64,000 bases of DNA, taken from Macrostomum lignano (Eukaryota). The notes under the pieces are model-generated. The model was given only the letters and a program-made list of their open reading frames with translations, was not told the DNA's origin and searched no databases. The stretch covers positions 62,001 through 126,000 of the forward strand of contig NIVC01002996.1 in assembly GCA_002269645.1 (NCBI GenBank). Direction: 5' to 3'. The position numbers were made by a program, and so were the translations under genes. Of this stretch, positions 34,959 through 46,800 are shown piece after piece. Every line of letters starts with the position of its first letter. Positions within the stretch are counted from its first letter, which is position 1.

Positions 34959-35999
34959 GTTGATGGCTGTGCCATGGGAAGCCCCTTGGCCCCCACTCTG
35001 GCGAACGTCTGCTTGGCCCATTGGGAAACCGAAAACTGGATGTCTCTCAACTGTGCCCCCAAATTCTACAGGCGCTACGTCGACGATACGTTTGCCATCT
35101 TTGATCATGAGCAAAAAATTGATCAGTTCCTCCACGCTCTCAACTCCACTCATAAGAACATAAAATTCACGGTTGAACATGCTGTTGACCAAAGACTCCC
35201 CTTCCTGGACATTGACATTGACTACAGTAAGGAAACCCTCTCCACAAAAGTCTTCCGTAAGAAAAGCTTTACCAATCTCATTCTCAACTTCCAAGCCACT
35301 TGCCCCAGACAATGGAAAACTGGGCTCGTGAGGTGTTTGCTCCATAGAGCTTTCACTACCTGTAACACCTGGATCAACTTTGACCGGGAGGTGCAGTTCC
35401 TCACCAGACTGTTCCATCAAAATGACTACCCCGTTTGTCTGGTCCAAAAAATCATCAACAAGTTCATCTCGGACAAAATCACCAAACAAAAACCTGAGCA
35501 ATCTGTTACCACTGAAGAATTTGAACCCATTCTGCGTCTCCCCTTCCTCGGACCTCCATCTCTAGCCTTTAAAAACAGAATGCGTAGGTTATTCTTTGCC
35601 TCTTTCAATCGTAACATCCGGGTCGTCTTCCACACGAACAAGATTGGGAACTTTGTTAGCAGATTAAAGTCGCGTGTTCCTTGTACTCTGCGTGCAGGTG
35701 TTGTCTACCAATTTAACTGCTCTGTGGACCAGAGCGTCTCCTACGTGGGGAAAACCAAAAGACACCTACACACGAGGATCAGGGAACACTGGCTCAAACC
35801 ATCTGCTATACAAACTCACCTCCTTGAATGCACTAACTGCAATGACTGCAAACCAGAAAAACACTTTAAAATCATTGACCAAAGCCATACTGACGCCAAA
35901 CTTAGAATTCTCGAGGCCCTGCACATAAAAGCTCAGACCCCGAATCTCAACACCCAATTACAACATAGTGGTGCAGGTCACGTTCTCCGCGTTTTCTGA
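34959..35999 (+). pseudogene. Inverted second copy of the PLE RT C-terminal half and GIY-YIG domain
   Basis: The translation is identical to the C-terminal 341 aa of the minus-strand ORF. Confidence 0.9.
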
Positions 36000-36283
36000 A
36001 CAGTGAGTGACACAGTCGTGCACGCTGTGTACACTTAGCTTGACGTTCAATTACCTAAGCTAGCTACCGCCCCTGATTCTGCCTTTTGACCACTGGACAA
36101 GAATTGTGTACATTTGGTTTAACTTTCATTCTCAATCTATAATTCTCTCTCCTACCTACTATACCTATGTATGTTGTTAAAGCCAAGTTGTAATCAATTG
36201 TTTTCAATCTTACCCTCCTTACCTGTGTACGTTGCAAAAACCAATATTTAATCAATCGCTTTCAATCTCAATTTCTCAAATCG

Positions 36284-36341
36284 TTCTAATAAAATCCTGA
36301 CGATGCACCATGGCGTGCGAAACGCGTTGAAGTTGTTAGAA
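36284..36341 (+). ncRNA. Minimal type I hammerhead ribozyme (PLE-associated), right-arm copy
   Basis: Core CTGACGA, stem II GCAC/GTGC, GAAAC, palindromic stem III ACGCGT, cleavage triplet GTT. Stem I is ttctaataaaatc paired with gaagttgttagaa. Confidence 0.78.
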
Positions 36342-39300
36342 ATTGTAATTATATTCAAATGTTGATATTAAGCTTTCTGCCGATACTAACATTTGAACTT
36401 TCTGCCGTCGAGAGTGCCAAGTCAGAGCGCGCACTCTTATTAACAATCGATGATTTATATTTATATTGGTTACTTATCAGTCATTAAAACAAAAGTTTCA
36501 TTATAAAATTATCTTGCAAAATAACATAAATTACATACAGTAAAAAGTACAGTGAGATAAATACAATATAAATACTATAATACCAATACAACCTGATAAG
36601 AGTAACTACGAAATTATTTACTTTTAAATTACATACGCAGATATGTTACATTATCCTCCTCTTAGAAAAGACAATGTCCACATTGTCAAAAGTACAATTA
36701 ACAAAAGAGTAGAATACAAAGTATAGAAAATAACTATTAAATATACAGTACATGCTAAATTTTGAGCAAAAAAAAGATTGAACTCGCATTCCCAACTAGA
36801 CATCGCAATGAGGTGACAGAACACATTTTAAAACAATGGTCTGGACCAAAAGAGAAGCTAGTTAACCAACACAAAAACCAGAACCCAACAGGGTTAGCAG
36901 AGCCCTGGGTTCTCCCCACCACAACCAGTGCAGAGCACAGCATGAATGAAGCAAAAAAACACTTTATTAATAAAAGGAATTTGCCTGTGCACACTATTGT
37001 GATACACTGCCATTGGGTGAAACCTTACAAAACACAGAAGAAAATACAGTACAACATTGAAAAATTATTTGAAAAGTAAAGTACATCATGGCAATTGCCA
37101 AAATACAGTATAAAGTACATATGAAGGAATTACAGTAAGTATATAAATTAACAATTAAGTACAATTACATTAAAATCAATCAACAAAGCATAGGAATTGG
37201 AAAATGCAGCTTCCTGGTTCTGGACTTTAGAACAGCATAATTACAAATTTAAAAACAAAATTTTGCTCTGAACTGGGTACACATCTACATGTACATTCTA
37301 CAGCTAGTATTGTATTTGAACATAGATGCTTTTAAGAAAACAAATATAATATTCGAAATCACTCAGCGACTGACAGTATCTGCAGCACCTGTCCTTTGGC
37401 AGCATCTTCGGCACCTGTGATTTTGTTGGCCTGGCTCGCGGCTGGCTGACATACTGGTTGGCGTCGGCTAGCTGGACGCGCGCTGCATGCTGATGTGATT
37501 GGCTGCGTTGCTGTACATTTGCGGTTGATCAGAAGATTCAGCGGAGTCCTTCATGGAATCCGAGTCCTAGCGTGGTCGCCATTGTAAAATAATGAATTGC
37601 TGATACTAACATTTGAACTTTCTGCCGTCGAGAGTGCCAAGTCAGAGCGCGCACTCTTATTAACAATCGATGATTTATTTTTATATTGGTTACTTATCAG
37701 TCATTAAAACAAAAGTTTCATTATAAAATTATCTTGCAAAATAACATAAATTACATACAGTAAAAAGTACAGTGAGATAAATACAATATAAATACTATAA
37801 TACCAATACAACCTGATAAGAGTAACTACGAAATTATTTACTTTTAAATTACATACGCAGATATGTTACAATAAATAATAGAACTAATTATCTAGCAAGT
37901 AAAATATTTTATAAATATTTCACTAGAGTGCATTTTCCATAACTAATAATATATACAATTATTCTTGACTGCAGTTGCGAATAATAGGATTGCCTCTCTC
38001 CGAGTCTCTTTTCAAATAAACGAAGCAAAAAAATCACAAAAGTAGTATACTTGCATTTTTTGTTTACCAAAGCGCTTGATCGGCCATTCTGTCGATGTAA
38101 CTAGACCTAGTAAGTGCTGTGCAGGCCCTATTGTGACCTTTTAGGGGCCTAATCTTAGGAACACTACTGACTATTTTTGTTGTTTTGACATCGAGTTGTG
38201 ACGTGACTTAATGCTTGGGGCTCTTTCTTATCTACCACTAGAAAAATGTTTGAAAACATGGTAAACCCATTATATATTGATATAATAGTTTGTAAGTATC
38301 GTGGCAGTCTTGGTGGTGACTGTCTAGGTATACTCAGAACCCCACCTTCAGATACTCATGCATCATCCTAAGGCCGAATGCCGGGGCTCGCCGACGCCGT
38401 TGTTGACCGTTGTAGCTGTCCTCGTATCTTAGAAAGTTTTTTTTAAAAAATCAAGAATTCAGATTTGTACCTGACATTATTACAAAAACAAATTTATAGA
38501 CCAAAAAGGATAGCAAAAGTAGAGTAAACTTTCCATAAATATTTCAGCGCAAGCGTTATTTAATACCAAAATGAATATAAATTATATTTACCATCGGGTG
38601 CAGAAGGTCAAGTAATCAGTTTAGCGGAGTTGATGGGTACAAAAGCTTGGCTCTTGTCAAACCGAGAGAAGCCAAAACCTAGCAGAACCAAAGTATTGCC
38701 TTACTTACACAACCTCATTTTATATACACCAGAGGACATAGAGGGTAAATCAACGGTTTCTCTGCGATCTAAAAGTAAGTTTGGCGCACAATAAATAATG
38801 CGATTTGAAATTGTTTAACCTATATTTTTTTGCTATTGAGGCGTAATTATGCAGCTTATTTTTGTACAAATTCCGTTCCCGGCTCTTCTATTTTGCATGC
38901 GAGATATTTGAATCTCGAATTGATACAATTAAGTGCTTTCTTTAGCAAAAAATTAAGTTTGTCGTCTTGATACATGTACACAAACATGTACACAAACTGT
39001 ACACATACATGTACTATACCAACTCGTATCATAGTCTGTTTAATAGTAGAACTACCAAGCCTTTTTTCGGGAAAAGTTTCGGGCTGCTGCAAAGTGGAAC
39101 TTCGCTCTTCTACCGCATAAGTATATCCATTAGAAGTACTAAATATTTCTTGTACTTAAAATTTGTCTTACTCGTAGTTTTATTCCGCCAAGCCTTTTTG
39201 AAGCGCTTCTACCGCCCATGAATAACTGTAAATATGGCAGCCTTCGTTCTTTATACATGCACACAAGACACTGGGATTTCTACTCAGTTTCGATTTACAA

Positions 39301-40885
39301 GCGTATCCAGTTTCCATCTACTTACCATCAACCATTCTATCCATCTACCCAGTTTCCCAGCTTCTTCTTTTCTAGAATCTGCTTATCCCGTTCAGTGCTA
39401 TACAAAAAAAGCGAATTTTTGCGGAATCCGTTTAGAAAACACAACAGTTTTGAGTGTTGCCGCTCTCTCCAGTGAATAACTTTTTAAAGTTCTTCTCGAA
39501 ACATTTGTGAGTGCACCTCGGGCGAAACGCATACCTACTTTATTTGGAATTTAGAAGTCTGTATTGTGAATTCAGTGCTTAAGAACTAAAAATTTTCCAT
39601 TTCGCCAATGCATTTTACCACGAAAACAGACCTCCGATGAAATTTGCACGATTTGCGAGTGCAGCGTCTTTCTGCTTCAGCTCATACATGTAGCTGCAGT
39701 GCACGGGCTGACACGATCAGGCACGGAAATTCCGCTGATAGAACTGGGTGGGGTGGGGCCGGGGGAACTTCAGTCTTCTTATCTACTGTTTGTTTATATC
39801 TTTCTCGCCAGCTTCGACTGTTCTTTAGACAAGTGGCGGAGAGCAGTGGTCTGATTTCTACAGCAATTATCACCACGGGCTGTATTTTGCATCTCGCAGA
39901 GACAAAAAGTGCTCTAGCTATTCAATTTTGAATATTCTGCACAGTAGCAGCAGCGCAATTGGATTGGGCAACTGCAAGTTCTCTTTTTTACTGAATGCAG
40001 TAAAACGACACAATTGAGCTCTAAGTGCATATAAAGTGGCTTGGCTGCCTAGCTGTCAACATTTCAGTCTTTTTTGTAATTAATTACTCTCCGCGGCCGT
40101 TGTCCGCTACAGTAGCAATTCGAGATGATAGAGAAATTTTAGTGCATAGAAAAGCAGTTTGTTTGTCTCCGGACCACAGAGCTAGCATTCTCTGGTCCAG
40201 ACTGTCTTTTGAAACAGTTTCTGTAATATTACACGAATTAGTGCAGCTGTGCTTGTGCGATCTGTATCAAACTCAATTTTATTGTGAGGAATTTACATCA
40301 GTTTCAAAAACAACACCAATTAATCAAGCATTTTGTGAAGATACGCTATGTGAAGATAGCATTCTGAATTTCGACCCCCCAATGTGGCTTTCTGTCACTT
40401 AAAATGACTTAGTAATGCTTTTATTCAAACTAGCAAAGTATTTTTCCATTAGTATATCCTTATTAATAATATCTGTTAAGTCCGTAAGATTTTAGCTCTT
40501 CTTGGAAATAGGAATACTTGAATTTCTCGATTTGATAATAATTTTCTTGGGGAAAAGTGGGGAAAAGTGACTATGGTTTGCAATCGAAAATATCATGAAA
40601 AGAACAAAACAACACAATTTTTTGGAAGGTTGCATTCTGGTTTTGAAATTTGCATCCTGAAATTGGACCCAGGATGCAATTTCGCATCCTTTCCCCAGCG
40701 AAAAAACGCCTGACTTGCAGCCTCAGGCGTGTGAGACTAATTTATGCACGTTATGATGCGCTGAAACGAACTCATAGCGTATCCATCCATTTCTTCGCTC
40801 TCTTCTTAAATAGCGACGCTACATTATAAAACTATAAAAAATTTCAGGGAATTGACGGAGCAGTACAGCAGCCACAGCACTCAGC

Positions 40886-43800
40886 ATGAGTGACTGTGGC
40901 CACCCACCATCTAACATACGCAAGCGCTGCGAATGTGGCAAAGTGGCCGACAGGCTTCGCTCAAACTTCTGCACTTTTTGCTCGAAAGAGGAAAAGCTAA
41001 TCATCTATTGCATTGAATGCAGCGAGCCGCCAAAAAAATGTCGCCATCAGCCAGAAAGCTTTCGCCGAAAATGTAAAAGCTGTGAGGAGGACGAGATGCC
41101 ATTGCGCGGCAAGTGTTGCACCGATTGTGGAACAAAGACACTCTTTGAACTATTCTGCGTCCTATGTCCAACTGACACGCCGCACGCAGGAAACCCTGAG
41201 GCAAGTGGACGAGTAAAAAAGATGTCGCACACAAGTGATTATGAAGAATGCTCTGTAGAAGAGCCGCCGAACACAGGTCATCGCGTTCAAGGACGTCCTG
41301 TAGAAGAGACGCCGAACACAGGTGATCGCGTTCAAGGACGTCTTGTAGAAGAGACACCGAACACAGGTGATTTCGAGGAAGGACGTCCTGTAGAAGAGAC
41401 GCCGAACACAGGTGATCGCGATCAACGATGTCCTGTAGAAGAGACGCCGAACACAGGTGATCGCGTTCAAGGACGTCTTGTAGAAGAGACGCCGAACCCA
41501 GGTGATCGCGATCAACGACGTCCTGTAGAAGAGACGCCGAACACAGGTGATTTCGAAGAAGGACGTACTGTAGAAGAGACGCCGAACACAGGTGATTTCG
41601 AGGAAGGACGTACTGTAGAAGAGACGCCGAACACAGGTGATTTCGAGGAAGGACGTCCTGTAGAAGAGACGCCGAACACAGGTGATCGCGATGAAGGACG
41701 TCCTGTAGAAAAGACGCCGAACAGAGGTGATCGTGATCAACGACGTCATGTAGAAGAGACGCCGAACACAGGTGATCGTGATCAACGACGTCCTGTAGAA
41801 GAGACGCCGAACACAGGTGATCGCGATCAAGGACGTCCTGTAGAAGAGACACCGAGCACAGGTGATCGCGATCAAGGACGTCCTGTAGAAGAGACACCGA
41901 ACACAGGTGATAGCGATCAAGGACGTCCTGTAGAAGAGACACCGAACACAGGTGATAGCGATCAAGGACGTCCTGTAGAAGAGACGCCGAACACAGGTGA
42001 TAGCGATCAAGGACGTCCTGTAGAAGAGACACCGAACACAGGTGATAGCGATCAAGGACGTCCTGTAGAAGAGACGCCGAACACTGGTGATCGCGTTCAA
42101 AGACGTCTTGTAGAAGAGACGCCGAACACTGGTGATTTCGAGGAAGGACATCTTGTAAAAGAGACGCCGAACACAGGTGATCGCGATCAAGGACGTCCTG
42201 TAGAAGAGACGCCGAACACAGGTGATCGCGATCAACGACCTCCTGTAGAAGAGACGCCGAACACAGGTGATCGCGAGAAAGGATGTACTGTAAGAGAGAG
42301 AGTGATTAAAATAAAATTTAGATGTGCCGTCCCCAATCGTCAAACAAAAGTTGGTCCTTCTGAAGATGAAACAAAATTAGTCATTATGATTCACTTCAAA
42401 AAGTCAACGCCGACTTCTTTGACACAACAAATTGCTTCAATTGATGAGTCTTTGAGTTTTCGTCATCTGTGCTTCATAGCCTCTTTTCCAAAAGACACAA
42501 AAGAAGTGAGCTACTGGTACGAACTGGAAAAGCAAAGGAGTAGTCCAACACAAGTTTTAAAAGTAAATGTGCAGCCTGGAGAGGTGCAGCTTCAAATAGA
42601 TGGCTTGATTTTCGCAACCGGAAGCTACAAAAAACAACCTAATGTAGAAAAGGAAGCGCGTAATCTCGCTTTCACAGAAAGCACCTTTCTTGAATTACGT
42701 GAACGAGCTCATCAAAAGATGCCAGTGGCACCTGTGCTGCTTGAAGTCTCAAGGCCGCAAAATCAGCAAATGGTTCATATCGCTTCTGTTGGACTTAAGG
42801 TCTGTTTTTTCGAAACGAATTATTTGTCTCTTTGCTACTTTCATGCACAAGAAGTAAAATATTTTCAGGTGATCGAAAAAATCCTCGAGAATCCAACGGA
42901 TTTTGGATTCGCCGCCAGAGACGACAAGACCGCACCTCATTGGCACAACAATCTGCGGCTTATCAAACTTGCTGATCACTGCGACGCCGTTCGGGCCTAT
43001 TTGGCGGAGGCCCCTGCGAGTACTTCCAGCTTAGAAAAACTAATTTCTATGTCACTTCCGCCCACTTCGCTTGAAGAAATTCAAGCCTTACCAGACAATG
43101 AACTGTAAGTTACTGCTATGAGGTTATGAGATTTTTTTAGCATGTGGGATTTCATTATGAAACTATTTGCCTGTTAAGTTTTAGGAACGCAAAGTCAACT
43201 TAGGTTAGGTAAGAATATATTTGACCGCAGCAGTCGGCCTTTTTTAGCGCTCGGCGTAAAAAATTAAAAGCCGTACTGTACTGTATTCGAGCTATGGAAA
43301 TTAGCCATCGACCATGAATTATACTCATACGCTCGTATTTCATAAATTGTCAGCAAAGCAACAGCTCGAATTATAAAGTCCGTTTTTGATAGATTATAAT
43401 AACTTACACCAAATTAATTACTGAGTTTTATTAAATTCTGTCTTTAGTTAAGTTATTCAGAGGTAGATTAAGGTTTCTAGATGGTTCGGTGGAGAAAGGA
43501 TATTAAATAACACAAAATTACACGGAGGAATTGAGAAGCAAGGTACTCTGCAAAGTAGTAACTGGGAGTGCAACATTTAATACAAGCATATTTGATTGCA
43601 CACTATTTTTCATTGTTGTCTTTTTATCTTATCTTTGATCTTGTCTGGGAAAATGTTTGACTAATTACACCGGCATCGCATTGCAGATCGGAAGTGTCAA
43701 AATCGGTGCAAAAAATCATGGATGAACTTCTTGACAAAAACATGCCAGACTTAGCGCTACAACTGGTGCCTGCTTACCATCTAGTTGTACTCGCTGCCGA

Positions 43801-46800
43801 TCCTAGAAATAGACAGCATATTCTGAAAGACCAGAAATGGGACGAATCGAAACCGAACGCATGGTTTGGCTTGGCAAGCAAATTTCAGTACCGTTTCCGA
43901 GGCTCGGGGAGTGAGGATTGGTCGAGGCTGAAGAAATTTCAAAATATAAGGTGGGGAAAATGTTTTTGCCTTTCTGTAGCGGATAAAATTTGCTTGATTT
44001 TTAAAAGACTACGGCTGGTGCTGGGGTACGAGTATATACTGAATACTAAATACCGTAACTTAATACGCTAGCATTTATGGGAAAAATCCGACCTTCTGGC
44101 AGAATTTTTGAATATCTCGACGGTGAAGAGGGCTGGGGACTTGATTCTTGTTTGAGAAGGTGCGCAACAAAAAGTTTAGCCCGTGTTCTTGAATTTCGCG
44201 TGCCTGCGTTGCTCCGTTCCGGCGCAGCAAAAAAATTATCAGTCGGGAATCCCCCTTAGTAGTTCTACTGTTAATTACACTAGACGTAGAACACCAACTG
44301 TGATTTTTAGCATCGACTTCAATGCACTGATGGAGCTGCTGAATAGATTTGGTTCAGTCGACTCGCTTCTGAACCGGTTTTGCGCGGGAGTTGTCAAACA
44401 GTCCAATCTGGAGGCCTTCCTTAAAGCTCCAAACGTAACTCTGGACTCGAAGCTAGCTCTTTGCTTCCGAGTCTGCCAGGAAATGGGAAGCTCTGATGAC
44501 GAACGCGTTCTAGGTATAGTAGAGGTAAGAATTAAGTTTCCTGTGCACATCTTTCGCTTCGATCTAGGAGTCGCAGGTGAAGTGGATTGTACGCTCGTAA
44601 GCTTTTCATTAGGGTCGTGAATTTGAAATAAAGTAGATCCAGATTAATGCAATCAGTTTTTAAGATTTCCTTTTTTTGCAATTTTTTAAACCTTTTTATG
44701 GAGAGTTGAATTCTTACAATGCCAGGCACGCCCCTCTCAATTTTAGATGTTTCTTGATGAGTGTCAGGATGCCGCCTGCAGTGCATCAACAGCCACCTTA
44801 GAGGAGCTGCTTCTGATTTTCCCATCGCTAGTAAAACTCCTTTTGAGGAGTCACAAATCGATGGCGCCTTTACAATTGCAGAGTATGTGTTTCGCATCGC
44901 TCAATACTTACTTGCGATGCCTTTTGAAGCTGCGCTACTCCCAATCTACTGGAGTCGAAGCCGGTTCTAAGGATGAAATTTCAAAGTTTGGAGACCTGCT
45001 CAACCAATTAATCAAGCACGAGGTTGACACTTTTAACCAGCAGTCGTCAATAAGTGTTGAATATTCACATGAAATAATCAGCATGTTCCTGCAGGTGAGA
45101 AACGATGCACAAGATATAATTAATTTCATTCATTGCTAGTAAAATCTATTTCTCTGACCATAGTTTCCTCGGTCATTACTACAATCCCCATGCTTGAATT
45201 TCAGCGCTTCGACAAGTTTATGGGACTTCTGAGCACAGCCGGATGTCCGACCGAAGAACTGGTTGATCTGTGCAAGCAAAAGCTAAAATCCTTTATCAAA
45301 AAATTGCCAGTAGTGAGTGAGCTGCTTTGACTGATTAGTTTCCATATTCGTAAATTCGTAAATATATTCGTAAACTCATCCCACGTAGGTCTGTAATTGT
45401 TTGTGATGTTGCAATTAATGAGTTTAGTTGATTTTGCTGGCGATTAAAATTGTGTTTGAGATTTTTTAAGTGAAATTCCATATACGATCTACGAGTACTT
45501 TAAAGTTAACTAGCTACTTATGATTACGGAGGCTAATTTTAAACACTACTTTGTATAAAATTTAAAATAAGTTCAGTACAGTTTAAGCATTTGTAAAGGC
45601 TCAATTAATTGCGAATGGAAAAAAGCTCACGCTTCCACTTAGCCTGGCGGGCTATTTTATATTGTGATCGATCGATATGCAATACGATGTACATAATGCT
45701 AGAAGGGCCAAAGCTCAAGCCGATTGGCTGCAGAGGAGAGAAGAACTGAATGGGGTGGGGGTTGGAATATTGCAAGGGCCGAAGGGTTAAGTGGCTGGCG
45801 GGAGAGAGAGTACATTGAACAGCGGGGCTGACAAGAGCGCAGCGCACGGGGACGGCTCACAGCATTGAGCTTTGATGGGTTTAAAATTCAATGCAAGATT
45901 TTTGCACCTCGAGTGCAAATACCAGTTTTATACTATAGTAAGAGCTATAGTGTTTGCAGAGACACACCAATAGTTGCTCAACTGCTACCCATGAATTATG
46001 CGTTTCAGGAAGCAACGATGGAAATCTTTCAAAGCGAAGGAATCATGGCCTTGCTCAGCTCAAAAACGTCGGAAGTAATTCTGGAAGTTGTGATTCAAAA
46101 TTTTAAACAGAACCCCAAATCATACTTTTGGACTGCAGTGGTATGTGCCTCAGCGAATGGAAAAAATTTTTTGATTGATTGATGAACTGGATAAATAAAT
46201 TCTAAAACATCTTGATTGCAGGACGCATTCGGCAATTTGCTCGCTAGCTTTCTGGGGGCAAGCTCGGACTCCTCTTCCAGCCATATTTTTTCTAAACTAT
46301 CAAGCCTGATCGAGGACACAGAAAAAGGTGATTGGAACAGGCCACGAGACATCAGCTTGCACACAGCCATGACTCTGGAGTGGCCTCTGGCTCAGCAATT
46401 GCTGTGCTTTCTAGGTAAGCGGAAAACTTGATGAATGAAAATTTGGGCGCAGACTATTACGTATTTAATTAACTAAATCGTTAGTTAGTTAATTAAGTTA
46501 ACTAACGCTATCGCTAGTTAATTAACTAGTTAAATTTTTTTTAAAATCGTTAAATTTTCGTTAAATTTTTTATGTATTAACTAGTTAACAAAAATCGTTA
46601 ATTTTTTTCTGTAAGTTAAAGTTAAATGACAAAAGTTAATAATTCCGGGAAATAGAGTTCCCCGGGTTCAAAATCCGCGGGTTTCAACAGCTTGTATGCC
46701 ATTAAAAAGTAAAATTAATACATACATAAAATAACTTCGCCTTTCTAAGCATTATTTAACGCGTCACAAACTATTACATGTATATTATTTCAGTTACAAG

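Larger units (their letters stand above)
33018..36378. mobile_element. Penelope-like element (RT + GIY-YIG), 5'-truncated, head-to-head inverted structure
   Basis: 11-bp TSD gccgatactaa (33007-33017 and 36379-36389). Inverted arms 33055-34474 and 34959-36378 flank a 484-bp spacer; 37-bp unpaired tail at 33018-33054. Confidence 0.93.
32991..37870 (-). mobile_element. Miniature non-autonomous LTR retrotransposon (TRIM-like): 288-bp LTRs at 37583-37870 and 32991-33017 + 36390-36650, about 930 bp non-coding interior
   Basis: LTRs end TGTAA...TTACA and differ at two positions by eye. 4-bp TSD ATAA. PBS TGGCGACCACGCTAGGACTC (about 37562-37581). PPT AAGAGGAGGATAA (36651-36663). Confidence 0.9.

Noticed and set aside
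34959-35062. N-terminus MGAQLRDIQF... of the 542-aa PLE ORF
   Set aside because: It is antisense read-through of the inverted arm; the real ORF is truncated at 34958.
40650-40679. 10-bp stem hairpin about 200 bp upstream of the RNF213 ATG
   Set aside because: It is short and isolated, with no U-tract or second copy; chance or a MITE remnant cannot be excluded.
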